Shown here one piece after another: positions 8,828 through 15,300 of a DNA stretch of 41,800 nucleotides; within the stretch, counting starts at the first letter, position 1, and each line of letters starts with the position of its first letter. Both the position numbers and the translations under genes were made by a program. A model generated the notes under the pieces. That model had not been told where the DNA came from. It was given only the letters and a program-made list of their open reading frames with translations, and did no database searches. Origin of the DNA: an uncultured Candidatus Poseidoniales archaeon (GTDB lineage: Archaea > Thermoplasmatota > Poseidoniia > Poseidoniales > Thalassarchaeaceae); contig CAZSPJ010000001.1 of the NCBI GenBank assembly GCA_964608795.1, forward strand, positions 1-41,800. Reading direction: 5' to 3'.

Positions 8828-11344
8828 ATGGCAGTGCCCCGTCCGGGGGTTCAGGAGCGCATTTTGCTGCATCTGAGGGACTATGTCGACCATGCTGACA
8901 AAGTCGAAGTCCCGTTCGCCCTTTCACAGATGGGGATTGCCAACGCCGTCGCCATCGCCCGCTCAAACGTGCCGCGCGCGATTGCGGGGATGAGGGAGCA
9001 GGGACACTTGATTGAGAGGCAGGCCCACGTCACAGGGGTATCGCGCAAGAGGAAGGCGTACTTCCTGACCGAGGAGGGCGCCAACATAGCCGATGACATC
9101 TGGTCCAAAGTCAGCACCCAGCCGGTTCGACTCATCCACCCTGACGGGCGCTCAGAGACCCTCGATCTCGCTCAGGCACTGGAGTCGACCGATCTACCTC
9201 TGAGGCACGTCGATTTCCTCAGGTACATCGACGATACCGGGACCGTCGACCTCTCTACGCTATCGGCCGAACTGATAGAAAGGGACCTGTCAAAGCACAT
9301 CGAGAAGCAGCTCGTGACTTCACTCAACGACCTGCCGAGGATTCGGCGCTTCTTCGGCCGCGAGGCAGAAATCGACAGCATGGTCGCTCTGCTGGAGGAC
9401 CACTCCGGCTCCATTCTGATCCCCGGAATAGCCGGCATAGGAAAGACTGCTCTAGCGGGAAAACTGCTGGAGCGCTTCACTCATCGGAGAAATCTGCTGT
9501 ATCACCGATGCCAAGACTGGGAGGGATCGCGAGCCTTCTTCGAGGCAATTTCGGAGTGGCTGTCTACACTGGGTCACAACGACCTGTCCGACTACCTAGC
9601 CGTCACCCCCGTGCCTCAGGCTTCCATGGCGGTGAACCTAATCGTCGAGGGATTGCAGGACTCTCCGGCTCTAATCGTCATCGATGACCTGCACAAGGTC
9701 GGCGATGAGACCCTGATATCGGCTTTGAGGGATCTAGCACTCAGGATACCCGAACTCTATGACGTCGGCCTCGTGATGTTCTCACGCTCCTTCAGGATGG
9801 TGGTGCCCGAGGCGGACTCCTCAGGCCGTATCGTCACTCTCGTAATGCCTCTTGAGGGTCTGGATCAGGAGTCCAGCCGCCAGATTCTAACTGCTATGCC
9901 CAACATAGAGATGCCCCAGTTCCTCCACATCTACACTCTGTCCAGGGGCCACCCCCTAGTGCTCGAGCTAATCAACAGGGGAAGCGTCGGCGAGACCTTC
10001 CACGCGACGCTCGAGGCGTTCGTGGAGCAGGAGATCTTCAGCCGCCTGTCTGGCCCGGAGAAGCGCCTCCTTGGCGCCATAGCCGTGTTTCGTGAGCCTA
10101 TGCCCCTAGAGGCCATCAGCGATGTTGATGCGGAGACCGATCTGCTCGACGGGCTGGTCGAGAAGGGACTCGCTCGCCAAGCTGATAGTGAGAACTACGA
10201 CGTCCACGACCTAGTTCGGGAGTTCCTCACCCGGTCGATGGACGAGTCGCTGCGCCATGAACTGCACTCCAATGCAAAGGCGTGGTACCGCACCCGCCAC
10301 GGAATCGCAGCAGAGCGAATAGAGTTCATCCATCACCTCAACGAGTCGGGTGACACCGAAGGACTCGCCGAGGTGCTATCCACTGAGGGCCACAGCCTAG
10401 TCAGCGCTGGGCATACCGAACTGCTAGGCATCCTCAGACCCCTTGAGGGCCAGAACTTCGACCCCAAGAGCTGGTGCATAATCAGGGAGCTGCGCGGCGA
10501 CATTCTGTCGATTCAGGGGCGCTGGGACGATGCCGAGGCCGAGTACGAGGCGGCTATCCCGTTTGCTCGCAAGCACAAAATGGCGCACGAACTCGCCAGA
10601 CTGCTATCCGCCAGAGCTGATATCGCGGTCAAACGTGGCGCCATGGACGACGCCCTTGAGATGCACCGCAAGTCCCTCGAGATCCAAGTCTCATTGAGGG
10701 ACGCCGTGGGTGCGGCCCGCTCGTACAACAACATGGGCTACATATACAGGCGCAGGAAGGAAAACCGCCGGGCCCTCGAGGTCTACGGCAACGTCGAGGA
10801 TCTGCTTGACGCCGAGGACAATCCGGAGCTGTGCGACGCTAGGATCAGATTGGCTTCGGCATTCCTTGAGATGGGTGAGATGGACCGCGCTAGGGATCAC
10901 GCCATGACCGCTTTCGAGGAGACCGAGGACCAGATGGACATCGTCCACGCCCGAGCTAGAGCGGTATTGGGGAGGTATTACGCCCGTGCCAAGGAGAACG
11001 AGCTCGCTATGCAGTACTACTCGGGGGCCCTCGACATACTGTCTGATCAAGCCGATCCCCACAGCGCCGTCGAGGTCGCGATGCTGCTCGGCCAAGTTCT
11101 GAGCGACGCTGGACGCAAGGATGAGGCGGCCGAGCATTACATCGATGCGCTAGTGCTGGCCGAGGCCAACGACTTCAGGATGCTACAGGGTGAACTGCTG
11201 GCGCGTCTGGGCGAGGTCGAGAGCGACCGCTCGCAGAAGATGGATTACCTGCAGCGCTCGCTGTCGGTGTTCAGAGAGCTCGGCGCAGTTGATCGGATGC
11301 GAGATGTACAGACCTCTGTGCACAAGGCAGTGATGGGCCACTAG
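8828..11344 (+). CDS. Winged-helix DNA-binding domain + STAND-type P-loop NTPase + C-terminal TPR array (signal-transducing ATPase / putative regulator)
   Basis: The wHTH reads SQMGIANAVAIARSNVPRAIAGMREQGHLIE...KRKAYFLTEEG. Walker A is GIAGIGKT (nt 9424-9447) and Walker B is LIVIDDLH (9671-9694). MFSRS and RGHPLVLEL (GxP motif) follow. Multiple TPR-like repeats (e.g. ARSYNNMGYIYRRRKENRRALEVY) extend to the C-terminus. ATG 8828 is preferred over the track's TTG 8792. Confidence 0.85.
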   Translation: MAVPRPGVQERILLHLRDYVDHADKVEVPFALSQMGIANAVAIARSNVPRAIAGMREQGHLIERQAHVTGVSRKRKAYFLTEEGANIADDIWSKVSTQPVRLIHPDGRSETLDLAQALESTDLPLRHVDFLRYIDDTGTVDLSTLSAELIERDLSKHIEKQLVTSLNDLPRIRRFFGREAEIDSMVALLEDHSGSILIPGIAGIGKTALAGKLLERFTHRRNLLYHRCQDWEGSRAFFEAISEWLSTLGHNDLSDYLAVTPVPQASMAVNLIVEGLQDSPALIVIDDLHKVGDETLISALRDLALRIPELYDVGLVMFSRSFRMVVPEADSSGRIVTLVMPLEGLDQESSRQILTAMPNIEMPQFLHIYTLSRGHPLVLELINRGSVGETFHATLEAFVEQEIFSRLSGPEKRLLGAIAVFREPMPLEAISDVDAETDLLDGLVEKGLARQADSENYDVHDLVREFLTRSMDESLRHELHSNAKAWYRTRHGIAAERIEFIHHLNESGDTEGLAEVLSTEGHSLVSAGHTELLGILRPLEGQNFDPKSWCIIRELRGDILSIQGRWDDAEAEYEAAIPFARKHKMAHELARLLSARADIAVKRGAMDDALEMHRKSLEIQVSLRDAVGAARSYNNMGYIYRRRKENRRALEVYGNVEDLLDAEDNPELCDARIRLASAFLEMGEMDRARDHAMTAFEETEDQMDIVHARARAVLGRYYARAKENELAMQYYSGALDILSDQADPHSAVEVAMLLGQVLSDAGRKDEAAEHYIDALVLAEANDFRMLQGELLARLGEVESDRSQKMDYLQRSLSVFRELGAVDRMRDVQTSVHKAVMGH

Positions 11345-12150
11345 GTCAGACTGCTGACCTTTTCTGGATCGGTCTGGCCGAGCCAGTTGCTGAACTCCGG
11401 CCCTTCCTGCTTGGAGATTGAGAGGCTGCCCGAATAGTACTCGCCGATGTGCATCAGCACCTCGCTCTCAGCGAGGTGCGGGGCGTTGTTCTTCTCCGAG
11501 AGGTGGCAGAGCACTACGCTGTCCACCACGTCGCTGAGCACTTCAGCAAGGGTCTCCGCTGTCTGCACATTCGAAAGGTGCCCTCCTCTGCCTGCGATAC
11601 GCCTCTTCAGGGACTCGGGATACGGTCCGCCCATCAGGCGCTTGTGGTCGTAGTTCGCTTCGATAGAGATATGGCTGCATCCCGAAAGGTGCTTTTTCAG
11701 TTCCACCGTCGGCTCTCCGAGATCGGTGACAATCGCAGCCCTGCGCCCGTCTCCGTTGGTGGCGATGACTGCGACGTTGTCAGCATCATCATGCGGCACT
11801 GGAATCGGCAGCAGACTGAGGTCCTCCGAGATGTCAATTCTGTCAAGGTGGCCGAAGGTCCTACACTCCGATATCGGCTGCCACCCCATCTTGGTAGCAG
11901 TCCCCAGATTCGCGTGAAGCGCCGCCGCCCACTTCTCCGAGGCGCGCTTGGCGGACCTCGAGTGATCGGAGTGATGATGAGTCACTAGAATTGCGTCGAT
12001 TGACTGCGGCTCAACACCCGCAAGCAGTAGCCTATTCTCCATCTGCCGCAGTGAGAATCCGCAATCCACCAGAACCCGGGTCCCGCCCGAACTGAGCAGC
12101 ACCGAATTGCCCCTGCTGCCAGAACCGAGGTGAGTAATCTCCATGCCCAT
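11341..12150 (-). CDS. Metallo-beta-lactamase-fold hydrolase (YycJ/PhnP-like)
   Basis: The N-terminus MGMEITHLGSGSRGNSVLL, the HxHxDH motif VTHHHSDHS, and later VPHDD and GGHLSN fit the family. ATG 12150 or 12144 fits the family N-terminus better than GTG 12177. Confidence 0.85.
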   Translation of the reverse strand: MGMEITHLGSGSRGNSVLLSSGGTRVLVDCGFSLRQMENRLLLAGVEPQSIDAILVTHHHSDHSRSAKRASEKWAAALHANLGTATKMGWQPISECRTFGHLDRIDISEDLSLLPIPVPHDDADNVAVIATNGDGRRAAIVTDLGEPTVELKKHLSGCSHISIEANYDHKRLMGGPYPESLKRRIAGRGGHLSNVQTAETLAEVLSDVVDSVVLCHLSEKNNAPHLAESEVLMHIGEYYSGSLSISKQEGPEFSNWLGQTDPEKVSSLT

Positions 12151-12336
12151 CGCAATCAGAGGCAGTCGGCTCAGCACCCCCCTTGAAGGAATCCATCCGG
12201 CTCAGGGCAATAGGCCGATTTCATCCGACCGACGGCTACGCCGTCGTCAATGACACACCCAAACGCGTCCGAACGGCGCTCCATCATCATCATAAGTCAG
12301 CGAACGGCGCTGAAAACCGTATAGAGAGGTCATACC

Positions 12337-15300
12337 GTGCGCCGCAAGCAGACAGCGCTACTGATTACGCTGCTTCTTCTCAGCAGTCTGGCCTTCGTCT
12401 CACAGACCCGCCCCCAATCATCTGTCTCTTCGACGGACCCCATCACGGCCGACAGAGGAGGTCCCCCGGTAACCGACGAGGACGGTGACAGGATCCCCGA
12501 CCTGCACGAGTCGATTTTCGGTGACGTCAGGCTGATTGAGAGTAGCACAGGGGTGGTCTCGGTCAGCGGCCTGGATCCGATGAACGCCACCGACAACATG
12601 TCCGACCACGATAATGACGGGGCCAGCGCACTGATGGAGTTCTGCTGGCCCTACACCCTCGACACCTGCTTCGACAGGCTGTCGCTGACAGGTAAGCCCC
12701 CTCAGTTCACAGAATCTGGATTGAGGGAGTACCTCGACCCGAGGGTCGCGGATACCGACGGGGACGGCCTTCCCGATGGGTACGAGATTTACATGTGCAC
12801 CGAGGGCGGACTGGGCTATCAGAACGCCACGAACTCCTGGCAGTGCCTCTGGTTCGACCCACTCGATCCCTCTGACTCGATCGAGGACATCGACAAGTGC
12901 GAGGACTTCAGCTTTGGCTGCGGCGACGGTTTCGACGTCAACAGAGACGGCTACATAGACGTCGGCGAGCGCTACACCAACTCTGAGGAGTACCTGTACG
13001 GGACCCCCGAAGACTGGCTCACCGAGCGGGACGGCCTGTGGTGCGCGGGTGAGATTCCGGGCCTGACTGACGACTCCTGCCAGACAGAGATTGCAAGAGC
13101 CACTAATGACAGAGGCTGGCTCGGCAGTGATCCCACTGAACCCGACTCCGATTACTACACTTGGTCAGAGGTGATAGCGATAGGTCTGGCAGTCCCAGGG
13201 GACGGCATACCTGACGGGTGGGAGGTCCACTACGGTTTGGACCCGCGCAACTCCAGCGATGCCATCGAGGACACCGATCTCGACGGGTGGGACCTCGACA
13301 GGGACGGCTTCATCATTCCCGACATCTCGACCTCCACTGCTCATTGGGGCGAGGCATTCAGTAATTACGAGGAGTACATGATACACTATGACGAAGGAGC
13401 GTGGGTTACCCCGGGACTCAGAGGCATCTCGTCCTCTGAGAGCGACTCTGTAGTGGCCTCCTTCGACCAGAGCACCAGTCCAGGACTAGTCGACGGGTCC
13501 GTTCACACCGTGCTGGCCGACTCAGCGAGGGACAGGCTGCTAGTCGGTTCGAGGTACGGTATCTCCGTCATCGACCCATTCGAAGGCACTGCATCTCTCT
13601 ACGAGCTTCCTTCGGGGATGGAGATGTACACGATGATCAGGTGGTCACCGGGGGATTCGGACTTCCTCGTGATGGGCTCCAACTTGGGGCTGCACTCGAT
13701 TACCCTCGAAAATGGACTCCCTCTGATGGGTTCGATGTCCGAGTCCAGCATAGGCCCGGTCGAGGGTATCTACGCCTTGGATACGGGGAGCGGTGACCTC
13801 GACCTCATGCTATTTGGCAACGACTCTGCTTGGACCGCCATTGTCAGCAATCTGGGTTCCGGTGCCGACGCAACTGTGAGCGAGCCGGTGCCCAACGAAG
13901 CGATGACCGAAACCTTAGCTTCCTTCGAGGCCGAGGTTCTCAGCGCGCTACACGTCCCTATGTTCGGCAGGGGGCCGCTCCTGCTGGTCGGCACTGATGC
14001 CGGGCTAATCGCGTGGAACACCACCGACGGCTCAACTTCGGTGGGAGCCCCCTGGTGGGTCTTCGACCGCGAGAACGCCGAGGACTTCGTTCAGAGGGCC
14101 GACCTGCTGAACGTATCAAAATCGGCAGTGGTCAACGCCCTGGTCACAGCCGGTCCACTCGATGCTTCGGGTGGTGTCGAGGAGGTCACAGGAGTATGGG
14201 TGGGAACCGCTGGAGGTCTGCACCTGCTCAATCTCCAACTACTGGTGCAGATGCCCCGCACCGCCTTCGACTCTGACAGGATGTACAATATCGAGAGGTG
14301 GGCCGAGGGTGCCAACGACATCTACTCAATACTGCCGATGGATGGGAAGATCGTGATTGGGTCTCGCGATGGAACATGGTGCCTAGAGGGCGGCCATTCA
14401 GGCGTCTTGGGGCTCTACCTCAATCAGACGAGAATCCCCGGAATGGCCACAACCCTGACCACTCTGGAGCACGGCAGCAGTCTGTGGGTGTTCGCCGGAA
14501 TCTCTCCTGGGCGTTACATGAATATCATGCCGATAGATCCGACCTCAGAGGACTCCGACCTTGACGGCATGCCCGACGGCTGGGAATTCATCTACGGACT
14601 CGATCCCACCGACCCTCATGACAGGTACCGTGACGCCGACGCCGACGGAGTACACTTCTCGACCTCCGACGGCTTTGAATTCGACCGCGACTGGACCAAC
14701 CTCGATGAGTACAGGTTCGTCTCAGCTACGGAGGGCGGGTTCAACGGCACCGACCCGCGCGACATGGACACCGACGGCGACGGGCTTACCGACGGCGAGG
14801 AGTACTGGGGGTGGTTCGCTGAGTCTACTAACTTCGAGTGTCACTATCTCAACGAAGAGTACCTCTGCGACGAGCAGACTGGCGAGCTGGCAGAACAGGT
14901 CCACCTCGAGGGCTGGCTCGGTTCAGGAGCAGGAGGCGGCACCGACGGGCCGACCGACCCGTCCAATGCCGATACCGACGGCGATGGTATGCCAGACGGT
15001 TGGGAGATGGAGCATCGCAGGTGGATCGGTGACGCTTACAACGGCGGTAACCTGTGGACACTGGATCCTCGTGACCCAACAGACAAGGACCAAGATGCCG
15101 ATGGCGACGGCCTGAGCAACCTCTGCGAGTACATGTGGGGGAATCTACTGGAGACCGTCCTTCGCGAGGGCCTAGCGACCCACGGAGAGACCTCCGAGGC
15201 GGCTGCTAACTGGACTGCAACCGATCCCAATGACATCGACTCGGACGGTGATACACTGCCAGATGGATGGGAGGCCCGCTACGCCTGCTCCTGGAATAAG

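Noticed and set aside
12282-12293. (CAT)4 microsatellite in the divergent spacer
   Set aside because: It is too short to call a meaningful tandem repeat or phase-variation tract. It is noted only as context for the flanking 11-bp direct repeats.
12183-12488. 101-aa plus-strand ORF spanning the divergent spacer and the 5' end of the giant gene
   Set aside because: It is out of frame with the signal-peptide-encoding GTG 12337 ORF. It has an Arg/His/Pro-rich composition and a TTG start.
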